Source of the DNA: Malacoraja senta | Lineage: Eukaryota | Length of the DNA: 64,000 bases | Assembly (NCBI GenBank): GCA_038087875.1 | Contig: CM075984.1 | Coordinates: 43,524,001-43,588,000, forward strand | Direction of reading: 5' to 3' | Shown here: positions 13,317 to 27,254 of the stretch, piece by piece | Layout of the letters: each line of letters starts with the position of its first letter | How positions within the stretch are numbered: the first letter of the stretch is position 1 | The notes under the pieces: model-generated | What the model saw: only the letters and a program-made list of their open reading frames with translations | The model's database searches: none | Told to the model about the DNA's origin: nothing | Position numbers and translations under genes: made by a program

Positions 13317-14171
13317 GAAAATGTACCTGCATCTTGGAGGCCGAAGGTTAGGTTGTTAGCCAAGAAAGATAGACTTCGTTATCCCTCAGTACAGCAACAT
13401 CAAGAACGATGTTGCTGTACTGAGATATAGCCAAGTCTATCCCTCATTGCTAGCAGCTGATGGGAAGCGGCTGTAAAGTGGGAAGCGGCTGTAAAAGGAC
13501 AGCGCTGCTGGGGGGGGGGGGGGGGAGTTCCTTTCACAGCGTGTGGGTAGTCTGTCCAGGGGGAAAGTTGCGGGGATGGCAGGAGGGTTGAGAAGGAGAG
13601 GGTCGGCCGGGCATCATGCAGCTCAAGAGCGGGTCAGCGGGCGATGGATAACAGGACAGCGGCTTACTCTATGTGTGAGTAACCTCAATTGATCCCTTGT
13701 TCGCGCGCTGACACAGGAGTAAGCTCCACCGCCCGCTGTGATGTTATCCATCACCCGCTGACCCACTCCGCTCTATGATCTTTGCTCTTGAGCTGGTCCC
13801 CTCACTGTTCAGACGGAGAGCACTGCCAGCGGCGAGCTGGCCAGCAGAAGGCGCTGAGATGGCAGTCGGTTCTGCTGTCCGGTGATGGCGGCCGCTCGTG
13901 GGCGAGCTGCTTCCCTCCCCGGCCACAATGTGGTAGCTCCGCGCCCGGAGCGCCGCGGCAGCAGTGAGTGAGTTACTGGCATGAACCCGACCCTCTCCTT
14001 CTCAACGCTCCTTCCAACTTTACCCCTGGCTAGACTCCCCACACGCTGTGAAAGGAACTCTCCTCCGAATTGTCATGTTACTCACGACATGCGACTCATT
14101 TATAATTATTTATTTATATTTCTACGGAAAAAAATCCCAATTGAGCCCCGCACCTCCTAAGGCCGGCCCTG

Positions 14172-14290
14172 CAGATATGGCAATATGAGTGTATTATACG
14201 GAGTATGTAATGATTTGTGGTCCAGAATGTGTCTTGATTTTCCCAATATTGCTATAGACGTTGCCGGTTTTGCTTTGACGTGGTTTCATC
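14172..14290 (-). mobile_element. Upstream continuation of the LINE interrupted by the hAT
   Basis: Minus strand reads NHVKAKPATSIAILGKSRHILDHKSLHTPYNTLILPYL and joins SYCVEIWGN across the TSD. Confidence 0.8.
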
Positions 14291-14639
14291 ATCAAAATAA
14301 ATCAGTGTAAATATTATACAAATATGCAGTGATACCCACATTACCCGAAGAGACAGACAGTGTGTTGTTGCTGGACAAGTAGCAGAAAGATTAAAATGGA
14401 ATAATTTATTGTCCAAGTAAAAGCCGTGAATATACCGAAGAACAATTTCACTCTTTGTTCAGTACAGTGGCTCGAGTAATGACTCTTATTTAGAAAAGTT
14501 ATTTGAAATCTTCTTAAGCTGTCCTTCAGGACCAAGAAATGGGGTGGCACAGTGGCATAGCTGTAGAGTTGCTACCCTACAGTACCAGAGACCCAGGTTT
14601 GATCCTGATTACAGTGGGGGTGGAGGGGGGGGGGGGAAA

Positions 14640-15330
14640 GGGGGAAAACTACTTTTCAGGGTCCCTACCTGGTCGGAGAGGCAGCTTTTCTCCGGGCTGC
14701 ACTTTCGACCCGTCCTCGCTGCCCAGCGGGCCTGGAGCAGCGTTTCCTGAGGGGTTCGGCCAGAACCTCGGCTTCGGCGGCGGCACAGCACTGGAGCGCT
14801 ATCACGGAGCGGAGAGGGTGATTGCCCGGGTCGCCGCGCTGGAACTCCGGTGAGCTGAAGACCGCCGATGAAACATCGCAGAGCTATGGAGCGGCCAGCT
14901 GCGGCGCTGAACTTCAGACCGGGAGCCTGGGTTCTCTCGCCGAGATCACCAGTGGTGGAGCTCCATCCAGCGCGGCCTGTCGGCTTCGGAAACCGCGGTC
15001 TCCAGTAAGGAAGCGGCCGCTCCAGGTGTCCCAAGCCGTTGTGAGGATTCTCCCGACGCCAGAGCACCATCACCCGGCGAGAACGGCCTGGAACATCGGG
15101 TCGCCGTAGCGGCGACTGCGGAGGCCTCAATAGGCCAAACTATGGGGTGGACAAGGGGATGGGGACAGGACTTTGTGCCTTCCCTCACAGTGGGAACCAT
15201 TGTGGGGGGATGTTTTTATGTTTATTGTTAAATTTTTTATAAAGTTGTGTCTTATCTTTATCTGTGTGCTGCATGGCAAGTCAAATTTCACTACACCAAT
15301 TTGTGTGTGACAATAAATGTCCTTTGTCCT
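14640..15330 (+). mobile_element. Unclassified GC-rich non-autonomous retroposon, following a SINE head at 14543-14615
   Basis: Shares ggacttt..gccttcc.tcacagtg and a gtgacaataaa tail with the element at 21720-24975 and is related to 40895-41165. Confidence 0.5.
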
Positions 15331-15399
15331 TTGTGTCTAACCTGTTTCCATTCAAGTGTTGTGGCCTCTGAGATAGATGATGAGGGCAATGTGGAACGT

Positions 15400-15665
15400 T
15401 ACACTCTTCTAGAGATGGGGCAAGAAGTGGCCGACATGGTAGCTGGATTGGCCCTATCCCCACTCCACTGTTTACGCGTATTGACTATTCCTACCCTACT
15501 ATGTTCCCAACACATGACCTTGAGATTATCCGCACAACTCGAAATACTCCTCCACGTAGAGCATTCAAGGCCCAGAGATTCCCAGGAATTAGTGAGAATG
15601 TTGCGTTTCTTGAAGGACACCGAGCATATCCTTGAATCATTTATTTGTCTGCCTGGTAATCTTTT
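15400..15665 (-). mobile_element. RTE-clade LINE 3' fragment
   Basis: Minus strand FKDMLGVSFKKRNILTNSWESLGLECSTWR (across a frameshift) resembles the RTE C-terminal motif RFKDxLKxSLK...WExLAxDRxxWR. Confidence 0.6.
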
Positions 15666-17066
15666 TCCAGGAATAGAAGCGAGCTTGGAATAGAATGCAT
15701 TTTAGAACATAAATTAGGAGCAGCTGTAGGCGGAGGTCTGATGTCAGACACGCTACATTGGCCACAACATGCTGTTTACAAACAAATGTTACCAGAGCCT
15801 CAGCATTGGCAATGTTGGTGTGGTAGAGGACTATCTCGTGCCATCTTCAAAACAAAATGTCCCACGCACACACAATTTGCAATATTCATTTAAAAGGCAG
15901 TGGTCAATATGTTTAAGGAGTTATTAATTTCAACAGAAACTACAATGCTTTCTCATTTATGTACAGATTTGTCATGTTTTCAAAAATCATTTCAAATGCA
16001 CTTTGGTTTTGGTATCAGATTTTGGTATTTTTAGCTATTGCCGGGTACTAAAATTCCATGGTGGTGAGGTTCTCTCATTCGATGATCACTATTTGTCATG
16101 TGGCGTGAAATTATTTTGCCACTGATTAGCCTAAAGATTGTATAGGTCCTGTCACATGAAGGCATATTAGTTTTTAAATTGTGAATGGAATTGAACTTAA
16201 TAGAATCTAACTAACCTCAAAATGACAACAGTATTATAAATGCATTGGAACAACTTGGCTGGGAGTTTCAGTTTAATTTATTGTCACATGTACCGAGGTA
16301 CAGTGAAAAGCTTTTGTGCATGTAACTGGTTTGGGGGCTAAAGTCTTCAGTACAAGGTTATTGTGTCCAAGGACTCTCTAGTATTAGTTGGTGTGCAATC
16401 CTCAACTCAATTTCTTAATTCATAGAGATAATTGAACTGGCTACCTGCTGTGAGGGTGGAAAACTAAAGGGAACACTGAGATAATCATCTAATCAGCATG
16501 AGCAGCTGAAGACAGTTGAGAATACTTCAGCCATTTCTTTAGCATCTACTGGCTACTGCCTGCATTAAGGACAGAATATTTGGAGACTCCCGCTCCTAAT
16601 CTTAACTGTTCACCACAATTTATAGCAAACTTCAATCTGATCCAATGGTTATAGGATTGCTTAGATATTTAATATTATGCTGTATCTTCACTAGGTTAGC
16701 CCCTCAGTGCCTCTACCAGATGTCATTCCTTGCCCATGTTTGAACATGCCATTCTGCTAGATAGTAACAGTTGAATAATGGATATGCATGTCATCGATGC
16801 CAACTTTGAGGTGCAAGTGCTATGACAGCCCTATCCCATTTACTTAATTTGTAACTGCACACAACATAATGGAGGTAGTCTTTGTGTAAAGTTAGGAAAT
16901 TGTCTTTACCGGACGGACTGTGTGATTACCATCTTATTGCATCTGCCAAAAACAGAATGGAATAGGAGGTCAGGTAGATTCACTTGCAACCTGCCATAGA
17001 CCTGGCCTGCCAGCTATGTCCTTCAGGACTCAGCCAGCTTGATGGATATTACAGACCCCACAATAA

Positions 17067-17353
17067 AGGGCCTGTCCCACTGTACGAGGTAATTCAAGAG
17101 TTCTCCCGAGTTTCCCCCGATTCGAACTCGGAGTATTACGGTAATAGCCGATCGTAGGTACTCAGGGCTCTCGTGGACATTTTTCAACATGTTGATAAAA
17201 CTTCACGAGCTTACCGCGTTTTCCGAGTAACTGCCGTTAGCGTTACGAGCCGCTAAGAGACGTCCCGAGCTCCGACGTACCCACTACGTACTTACCACGA
17301 GTTTGATTTTTTTTTTTTAAACACGGGAGAGCTCATATAGTGGGACAGGCCCT
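17067..17353. mobile_element. Harbinger MITE (287 bp)
   Basis: TIR agggcctgtcccact / agtgggacaggccct with TAA TSD on both sides (17064-66, 17354-56). Confidence 0.92.
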
Positions 17354-19869
17354 TAAATCCACTCACTACTCTTGCTGGTTGCAATGCCTCTTCCAAAGTT
17401 TGTACAACTTTGAGGAGCACAGCTAAAGGAGGACAGCTAACACCAATCACATTTCCTTGCCTATGCTTGAACTCGTGCCACAAAACATCATGAAGAATAC
17501 AGTCAATGTTGAGGAAAGGACTACTTCTTCCAGCCTGTAACTCATGGTGCTGTGACTGTAGTGGGTCCTGCAGTGGGACAAAACAAACACAAGGACTGTG
17601 ATGAAACAGTCTGGCACTCTGTCTGCAAGATATGAATCCTTACATATGTCAGGCTGTTCATCAAATAGTCAGTGGGACAATGCTCCTATCGTCAGATGTT
17701 TGCAAAGAGGACTTTGCAAGGTTGATTGTTCTGGGAATGGATTCGCCAAGTCGGAATTTGTTGTCTTGGACAATGCCAGGTAGTCACCTCAATTTTATTC
17801 TTTCCAGTAAATAGATTCTTGCCTCAGTGAACAAAAACAGTTATCCTAACAGTACCTCTGGTTGCACTGGGTGGCAACTATAGCACTTTAGAAACGTTTA
17901 AAGAATATATATATTTTTAAATTAGAGAAGCTCAAATATTAATAATTAACAGCTCTACATATTTGCCACAGCTATGGACTGGAATTGATTTGGAAATAAA
18001 GAAAAACACAACACCAGAATCTGCATTGGATAGAGAATCAGAATGAAGACCTTCCCAACATCTATCATCTCACTTGATCCAAAGGGGGCAATACATTAGG
18101 AAATAACACCATGCATCTAAAAGTAAATCTGCTTTTGGCAACTAAGTGATAAGAACATTATTACATCCACTAGATTTATGAATACATTTCAACACTAACA
18201 GAATCATTATACTGCCTTTTGCGTTTAACAAAACTGCAGAGTTAAAACAAATATTTAAATTTATCCAAGAAGGAAAACAAGCCAAATATCCGTGAGCCAT
18301 GTTTAAATACAGGGATTTCAAGACTTCAGGCGCTGAAAATTTGAACGTGGAATTTCTCAAACTTAATGGACAGGAATCTGTCAGCAACTTGTCATAGCGC
18401 TATTGCTGGAGTCGGCAAAGATTTCTACACTAGAGCATGATTTACACACTCAAGGTTCACGTAACAGAAACAGGATATTGTGTACATGGGGAAATTTAAG
18501 TGGCTTTTTAGCATTTATGCTGTTAATAATCCACAACACAAAGTAAAAGATAAATGGACTTTATGTACAAACAAATGTACTTATTCCAGCATGTTCCCTC
18601 GAGGCTATTGGAAACATTATTACTGATTTGACAGCTCTCCACATAGTTAAGCTTCAAGGATGAAAAATACAATGTACCGACTATGACCATGATGTAATAA
18701 AACTAGGTGCACTAACATGCCGAACAAATTGTATATGTAAATGTGAGCACATGACTCCTCGGCACTAGAAACAATTTAAAGGCTATTCGCCCAATTCAGG
18801 GAATTAAAAGAGAACAGAAAGGCATGTCACAAGATAAAAATAGCAACATTAAAATTGCTTTATTGGTGGAGGGGGGGTGGGTGGGAGAGGTTTCTCAGGT
18901 CAAAGACTTGTAGAGATGAGTCGGAAGAGACTTTATCAGGCAATTTTCAACAAGATCAAGAAAATAAAATGCAGGAAGATTTGCTTATTTGCAAGCAAAT
19001 GAATGCAAATTTTTCTTGAGGCGGCAAGTTCAACATTTAAAAAAATATACAAAGCATCAGAGAAATGGGACATAGCTGAAGCACACATTTGCAGGCATAA
19101 AGGTCACCAACAGCTCTTAAAATGAGCAACTATAGGTGGTTAATTCCAACTGAACTTCCAGCAAAGTTTTTAAATTAAAAATCTGGAATTATGCCCTGTA
19201 CTTCTTGAGAGAAACACACGTCTTGAGAGAATACTGACACTTGGAACACAGCTGAACTTTAAGAGCTGTCAAATACATGCACCTGAAATCCTATGGGGTT
19301 GAGAAATAAGAATGAAGATCTCCAAAGTAAAGAATATCAGTGTCAGCAGGCAACCAACAGGTCACTATTTAGGGTCCTTTTAGGTTTCTATAATCTGCTG
19401 AGTTGACATGGTTGGGTGTACAGAGTGTTCCATGAAGAGCTTTTCAAAATATCAAGAGTGAAGATTATAGATTTTACAGACACTCTACTTCGAGTGAGTG
19501 AGTGATCGGACATCAGTCAACCTTCAAACAAAATGTTGTAATTTTTGTTAGAAAACAAAATTACAGTTAAAGAAACCAAATAAATATTCCAGTTTCCCTG
19601 CAGCAGTTTCTGAAAGCAAGCCTTGAGCTTTGTAGCCTTCAAATACTTTTCATTGAGCAGGTGACGACATTTATTAAATATTAGAACTGAAATCAGGAAC
19701 CAGTGAATCGGTTACCCCGATTAAAGGAACAGATAGACTTGCCGGCTTCATCTTAAAGTACAACTCCATGCATAAATAAGTGATGATCAAAAAGTAAAGT
19801 TGGAGACCACAAAAGTTTCTCCTTCAGAATGATCAAGCTTTAATAGCCAGAGTACAAGAGAAATCTACT

Positions 19870-20090
19870 CAAGTCAAGTCAAGTGAGTTTATTGTCATGT
19901 GTCCCTGATAGGACAATGAAATTCTTGCTTTGCTTCAGCACAACAGAACATAGTAGGCATTGACTACAAGGCATTCTATAAATATATACACACATGAATC
20001 AATATACTGATAAAGTGCAAATAACAGTATTGGCTAATAAAGTTCAGTGTTATGTCCGAGCCAGGTTTAATAGCCTGATGGCTGTGGGGA
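19870..20090 (-). mobile_element. Rex1/Babar-like LINE 3' end
   Basis: (caagt)n tail, then gagtttattgtcatgtgtccc...aatgaaattcttgc...tagcctgatggctgtggg. Confidence 0.55.
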
Positions 20091-21209
20091 AACTATGTGA
20101 AATAAGAACTTTCAGATCAGACTCCATTAACTGATCTCAGCCAGGATAGCAACCGAAAAGTTACCATTGCTTGCACTGCTCTTTGACTGAAACAAATGGT
20201 TCTGTCCTATTTTACACTTCAAAATACAAGTATTATGTGAATGCTGTGACAGAAAGTATCAGGCCCTGGGCAGAAGGTTGTTCAAAGTACAACCAGCCGA
20301 GGTTATTGTCCATGCTAATGTTGAACTAAAAACGTACAAGTAGTTTTCTCCTCAAAATCTTTGAAACTGTACCTCATTAAGTGTCGTCATATTGCAAAGA
20401 GAAGCAAAAAAACACACAAAAAACCCCAACTCTCACTGTTGTAACATTAACCTCATTGTTGCAGGCCGTTTCTCTACCATGTTGAGCTGAACAATATAGG
20501 TTCACAACATTGACCCTTTTACATAATTGGGTGCGATAAGAAACAAATAAAAATGCCTGTGTGCAGCATAATCATTGGACTAATGGCACCCAGGAACAAA
20601 ATGATCTTACTAAAACCAGGGAAGCACATTCACATACACTGGGAAAATAGGCATTTGCATCTCATTTCCAGGTTTACAAAAAAATATTATCAGCACAAGG
20701 AATTCAAACAAGACCATTTGCCTTTGCAAATTATGAACTAGGATTTATAGGTTTGTCATGCAACGGCAAGCTAGTACAGATAAGCACAATTTCAAATTAA
20801 ACTACAGATATTGGAAGATCAAGATTATGCCCTAACAATTTTTAAATCCAGATGTCCATAGTTTCTGTAAAGATGGGGAATGGAATGCCTTTCTTTAATG
20901 AGACACATCAGTAATGGTATTCACTGGTGTGTGACTTACCAACAGTATAACATGTTTCCATTTCCCACAAGGCATCTCGTGGCCCTCCATTCAGATTGAC
21001 AAATTATTAAGATGACGTGGCATTTTGCACGTTTCATATTGAATTTCATTGTAAATTGTAATTTAAATTGGACTGCATGCATTTTAACAAGAGCTCGTTT
21101 GTGTGTGCAATTATACAACATATATTTAATAACAAACATAAATAGTTCACTACGCAACAAATGAATGCACAACTAGGACCAGTTCTTCTCATTAACCTCA
21201 TTTTAAAGT

Positions 21210-21715
21210 TCACAGCAGGGACAGGCCCTTCAGCCCACCATGATGTCAATTTGAGATAATCTCATCTGCGTGCACATGATCCATATCCCGCCGTTCTTGA
21301 CGATTCATGCATTTGTCCAAATGTCTCCCAAAAGATGGTGGAAGCAGTTGTTATCGTATCTGCTTCTACCAGCTCCCCTGGCAGCACATTCAAGACACCT
21401 ATAACTGTGTAAGAAATTTGCTTTGCACATCTCCTTTAAATTTCCCCCCTCTCACTTTAAAACAATTCCGTCCAGTATATGGGATTTCTACCCGGGCTAT
21501 CTACCCTATCTGTGGTTCTCACAATTTTATGTAACTCCATCGAGTCTCCCCCTCAGTCTCTGATGCTCAAGAGAAAACAACTACACCCTGTAGCTGATAT
21601 CATCTAATCCAGGCAGCATCCTGGTGATCCTTTTCTGCACCCTCGCCGAAGACTCCACATCCATCCTTTAATGGGGTGACCCAAACAGCACAATGTATGG
21701 CCTAAACAAAGTCTG
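21210..21715 (-). mobile_element. Old CR1-type LINE 3' fragment
   Basis: caggcccttcagccca...aatccaggcagcatcctggtga...ggggtgacccaaacagcacaa, a degraded CR1 3' region. Confidence 0.65.
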
Positions 21716-21790
21716 AAGAAGGGTGGGGCCAGCAATGGCTGCCTCGACAACAGTCTGTCTGTCCTTTTCTTCTTTGTGTTTTAATTGTAT

Positions 21791-22210
21791 GTGGGCAGGT
21801 GCTATAGACATGCATGGAAAGGTAGACGCTCCCGCCCTCACGAGTCTCGGGCAGATGGGGCTTGTCACCCTGGGAAGGCAGTCCATCTAGGAGAGGGAAA
21901 ACTCTGATTTAAAACCTCCACTACCTTGTGGCCCTATCCAGTCATGGAAAAGGCTCCAGGAGTAAACCTCAAGAAAATCCGGAGCCCCTATGGCAGTTCG
22001 TCGTTGTCTACAACCTCGCTCTGGTAGCTCCTGCGACAGCGAAGGTGCCAAACTGTAACAGCCCTGCTGTTCCTTTGGATTGATCAGCGACGTGGAGAGG
22101 GGAGACGTGCTGCATGGGCAACAGCCCGTCCTCCATAGGACATCGCCCAGGCTCGCATCCGCATCCGATCACCCATGGTCAGTCATGACCGAGGGGGGCC
22201 TACCACTACT
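21791..22210 (+). mobile_element. RTE-derived short non-autonomous element
   Basis: ggcagtccatctaggagagggaaaactctgatttaaaacc resembles RTE 5' UTRs; ends in a ccactact microsatellite-like tail; interrupts another repeat. Confidence 0.55.
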
Positions 22211-22749
22211 AAATGTGTTTTTAGTGTTCTTTAGCTTGTTTTATGTGGGGTGTGGGGGGGGGGGGGGGGGGTTGGGGAAAACCTTTTCTAATCTCTTACC
22301 TCGATGGAGATGCGATTTTCTTCCGTATCGTGTCTCCGTCCACATTGCGGCCTAACATCGAGGAACTGGCAGCCTTTGCTGGAGACCAAATTTGAGAGCT
22401 CCACTGTGGTCGCCTGCGAACTTACCATCGCGGAGCTCGCGATCCCTTTGTCAGGGGTCGACCTCGGTGCTCCAACCGTGGGTGCTTGCAGACTAACCCT
22501 AACCCTTGGTCTCTGGTCAGAGACCGACTTCGGGAACTCCAAGCCGCGGGACTTTCGACCGTCCCGACGCGGGGGCTTTGGCCGCCGGAGCTTCGATCGC
22601 CCCGACGGATGGTTCGACTGCCCCAATCGCGGGAGAATAAAGAGAAAGAAGATTGGACTTTGCCTTCCATCACAGTGAGGAATGTGGAGAATCCGCAGCA
22701 GTGGATGTTGATGTTAACCCAAGTGGTTAACAGCAACATGATGATGTTA

Positions 22750-24864
22750 ACACCAGAGTATTCGGTTAGATCCCCATATTCATGGTTACGACACGAAAAA
22801 GACTACAAATAAAATATCTTTATACGCGGATGATATCCTCCTGTACATAACGGAACCTCAAACCACTATTCCAGCGATACTGGGAAAAATTAACCTTTGG
22901 TACATTTTCAGGCTACAGTATTAATTGAAATAAAAGTAAACTGTTGCCAGTTCATACCATCCCCTCAGATACATTAGAGAATTCTCCTTTCAGAGTAACA
23001 ACAGATAAATTTACCTATCTAGAGATTGAGGTTACAAAGCGTTACTCTTCCCTTCTACAGGCCAATTTCCTTCCCTTATTAGAAAACCTAAAAAGCAAAA
23101 TACAATTCTTCCAATTTCCTTGTGAAGAGTGAATACCATTAAAATGATCTTTTTACCCCAGTTACTATATCTAATTCAGAACATTCCTATTTCTCTTATA
23201 AAAACATTTTTTAAGAGATTAGATTCGATAATAATACCTTTCTTGTGGAATTACAAAACTCATAGGATAAACAAAAATCAGCTCTACAAATCAAAAACTA
23301 AGGGCAGGCTTGCTCTTCCAAATTTCAGATTATATTACTGGGCCTCTGCCATCGAGTCCTTTGCTTTCTGGCTTGACACCTCAAACATCCCTCTGAATTT
23401 GGCTAAAAATAGAACAAGAAGATTGTCACCCATACTCAATAGGTACCATCCTACTAGCTCCTACTTCAATTGATAAATCATATTATGGAATTAATCCTGT
23501 TATACACAATTTGATAGTATATAGAAACAAATCAGAACCCATTTTGAACTTAAACCTATATCTCTCGTTTTGCCCATAGCAAACAATCCCACATTCAAAC
23601 CATCTATTTTAGATAAGACTTTCTCTACATGGAGTGAATTAGGAATCCACAGTGTCGGAGACCTATATATCGATGGCACATTTACCACCTTTACACAGCA
23701 ACAAAAGAAATTTGAACTCTCAAATAGTAACTTCTTCAAATACTTGCAAATCAGGGCTTATATGCAAAAGCATCTGTCGGGATTTGAAGTTGAGAGGCAG
23801 TCTCAAATAGATGACTGCCTTAAAACATCACCATATAAAGACAAATTAATCTCCTATATGTATGATGTCCTATCAATAACCTCTCCATCCTCTAGCAAGT
23901 ATAAGATCAATTGGGGAAAAAGACATAAATGTGCAAATACCAGATGAAATATGGGAGGAAAGCCTCAAACTTGTACATAGGTGCTCAAACAATGCTAGAC
24001 ACTGCCTCATACAGTTCAAAATTATACAGTATATATCCAAATGTTTCTCCTACTTGTGATAAATGTCACTCCTCAGATGCTACTCTTTTTCATAACTTTG
24101 TATCGTGCCCTAAACTCACCTCTTTCTGGTCTGATATATTTACTCTCTCAGACATATCTCTATAGATATATCTCAGACATTCTAGACATCCCATTAAACC
24201 CAGAGCCCTTATTAATCATCTTTGGGGTATCTGAAACATCAAGACAACTCACAACTGCTCAACGACAACTCTTCTCCTACTGTCTCATTACGGCAAAGAA
24301 ACTACTGCTCATGTCATGGAAAAAAACAACAGCTCCTAATTCCAGAACGTGGCTGCATGACTTGACCAGTACATTACATTTAGAAGGAATAAGGTATGTT
24401 CTAAAGGATAGAGTCAACCGATTTAATAAAATCTGGCAACCATTTATGTAATTTCTTGCACAGAATATTGACATAACACAAACCTATCTACACTCTAAAC
24501 CATCGATTTTAATGAAATTATGAGTAAGGGATAGAAGACAAGAGAGTTTGAAGCTTTAGAAACAAGTCTTCACAAATAATTATTGCACTGAACTGCTCCC
24601 TATGCACTGTAGTCGCCTTCTGCACTTTACTTATGTATTTATTTTATTTTAATTTTTAACCTTTCCCCGCCCCATTATCGATTTCTTGATTTATTTATTT
24701 ATTTATTTTAAATGTTGTTTTTATAAACATGCCTGTCCATATTGTTTGAATAATACTCAAATGTTCTGTTTTGATATGTACATTTGGGAAAAATGAGCTT
24801 GCATATGGCAACATAATCTGTACCCATTTTTTGATGGCTCAATAAAATTTATTTTTAAAAAAAA
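22750..24864 (+). mobile_element. 5'-truncated degenerate L1 (ORF2 3' half, 3' UTR, polyA) nested in a GC-rich retroposon (21720-24975)
   Basis: ISLYADDILLY at about 22815, GRLALPNFRLYYWA, SPTCDKC zinc knuckle; aataaa at 24841 followed by an A tail. Confidence 0.9.
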
Positions 24865-27254
24865 CGTGTGGTTGTGTGCCTTGTTGCTTTTTTTTCGTAT
24901 GGCTGTATGGTAATTCGCATATCACTGTACCTTAATTGGTACATGTGACAATAAAAGACCTTTGAAACCTTTGACCCAAAATGACACGTATCCGTTTTCT
25001 CCATGGATGCTGATTGACCCGCTGAGTTACTCCACTATTTTGTACCTAACTTTGGTAGTATTTCCCTTTTAATGCACGTCTAAGGGCGTTTACAGTTTGT
25101 TTCTTATCAGTTTACTCTCATCTATGATCGTGTCTTTCTTCATCACATTCCTGGTGCCAAATTCTAAATTGCTCCAAGTCCTCAGACCCACTTCAGTTTC
25201 TGACAACGTTAAAAAGCAACCTCCTTTAACTTTTTCCTGTCAGCCAGAACCACTTTTCCTGTTGAGCTTTTTAAGTCTTCAAGGAATGTTAGTTTCCCAA
25301 CTAATCCATCACCCATTCCTTATCTCCAGAGATGCTGCCTGTCCCGCTGAGTTACTCCAGCATTTTGTGTCTATCTTTGATTTAAATCAGCATCTGCAGT
25401 TCTTACCTAGACATGGAGATCATGTTGCTCTGCAACAATGCTGGGAGGAGTGATTGTTTGTACCTCTCATCTCAAACATCATCAATTGCCTCAAATAAGG
25501 ATTTCAATTAGATATATTTTGAGAATTAATGTTTTTTAGTAATAATGGTTGTTAAAATATTGTTAAAATTACAACGACCCAATTCACATGACTAACTGTT
25601 GTTGGTTTGAATAGTACTCTCCAGCTTTGAATTAGGAGTAATAAACAAAGAATGACAAAAGTCCAATGCCAACGAGATAAGGCAGAGGCAAAAAAAGTTT
25701 TGGTCACATCACTTTATTTTAATAAAGGGATATAATGTTAAAAAAAAAGGCAAAATGTTTATGGAGTATAAAAGGAGTTGAAAATTAAGTGAAGTGAAAA
25801 ACAAAACAGAAAAGGAGCACATTCAGGGACATAGTACACATATTTGACCACAACTAAATACAGGCTGAAACAAATAGTGAATTTAGCATACAACACATTA
25901 AGGCATCAAATTTAGAATAAAAAACACCAATATAAAATGTGGCTAATTTTGCTATCACTTCATCATAGTTATTCACTAAATAGTATTGTTTCAGTAGTTC
26001 ATGACAGATAGTAATTGAACTCGACAATAAAAATGGTCGTAATCCAAGTAATTTTGTAGCACTAATAATCATTGACACTAATCAACTTCTCTGGTACCAA
26101 AAACCAACTGCAATTCAACTATTATTTACCGGAGACATGAAGACAATTTGAATAATTTGTGCAGACATATTATTATTTCTCTCTCAAAATATCTTTCATG
26201 CCTTCTGCGAATTAATTCACTGATTTACACTTCTGATGTTTAAATTCCAATTCTTCAATTCAAATTTGTTTTTAAGATACCCATTGATTGCTCACCAATT
26301 TTTTTGCTGCACTCTCTTCTGCTCTCATTCCAGCAACTTTGTTGAATATCAGTTGAATGATGATTAATGGTTGCTGATGAAAGTCTAGCTATTCTTAAAA
26401 ATCAAAAATTTAAATTCAAAAAGGTTTGAACAAAAATCAAATCTATAAAATAGTATGCAATGGGTGAAACAAAAAGGTCATTCTATATCCCAGCATAACT
26501 TGAAACAAAATGTCTGGAGAAAAGGAATAAGTCTTTGCACAACTGCAAAGGGCGTTAAGATATTGGGGGCCCTGAATACAACTACAAATTTTAATGCATC
26601 CCAAACATCCTTCAAAACGATTGTAACCCTCAGTGCACAAACAGCATGTTAAGTAAAATGAATTATAAGCACAAATTTAGTTTAAAGCCAATGACACAGT
26701 AATCATTACAAACCAAACATAAGTGGATGCTAAATAAGTGAGTTTGGGAGGGAAGTGACGATTTTGCAAAAACAAGTTCTGTGCCTATTCAATACAGCTC
26801 TTTCAACACTTACTAACAAATGATAAAAGAACAGCTTTAAGTACTGAAACAATACAACATGCATCATCAAAAGAGAAGAGAGTCTTAAATGTAGTGGCCT
26901 AAATTAAGATTCAAATTTATAAAGCTCCTTATCGTTCAAAGGATTGGAGAAATCTGGAAACCAACCCCAACGTCCTGTATGGTAATTGATCAATCGAAAT
27001 TTAGGGAAAATCTATGGACTACGAAGAAGATATCAAAGGCAGATAAGTAATAGGTCTTCATCTCTATTTAGTTCATCCAAAAGAATATTAGATGCTTGAG
27101 GAACAATTGGCCTTCCCATTTGCAATTTCCTGAAGCCTTTCAACAAGTTCAATCGAAGTAGTTACCGGTAATAAAGTTCTTTCTCAAACCTCACCCCTCC
27201 CAATATTATTCACAAGGCATTAACTCACACTGTAATTGTGCAATTTTATAGGCA

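Larger units (their letters stand above)
3511..14171 (+). mobile_element. hAT (Tip100/ZMYM1-like) DNA transposon with nested insertions
   Basis: TIRs cagggccggcc (3511) / ggccggccctg (ends 14171). 8-bp TSD cagatatg at 3503-3510 and 14172-14179. Internal transposase. Confidence 0.93.

Noticed and set aside
21825-21862. Possible HDV-like fold in the RTE-derived element (gctcc...cagatggggc)
   Set aside because: P2 and J4/2 are plausible, but P1 and P3 do not pair in this copy; unresolved without a consensus.
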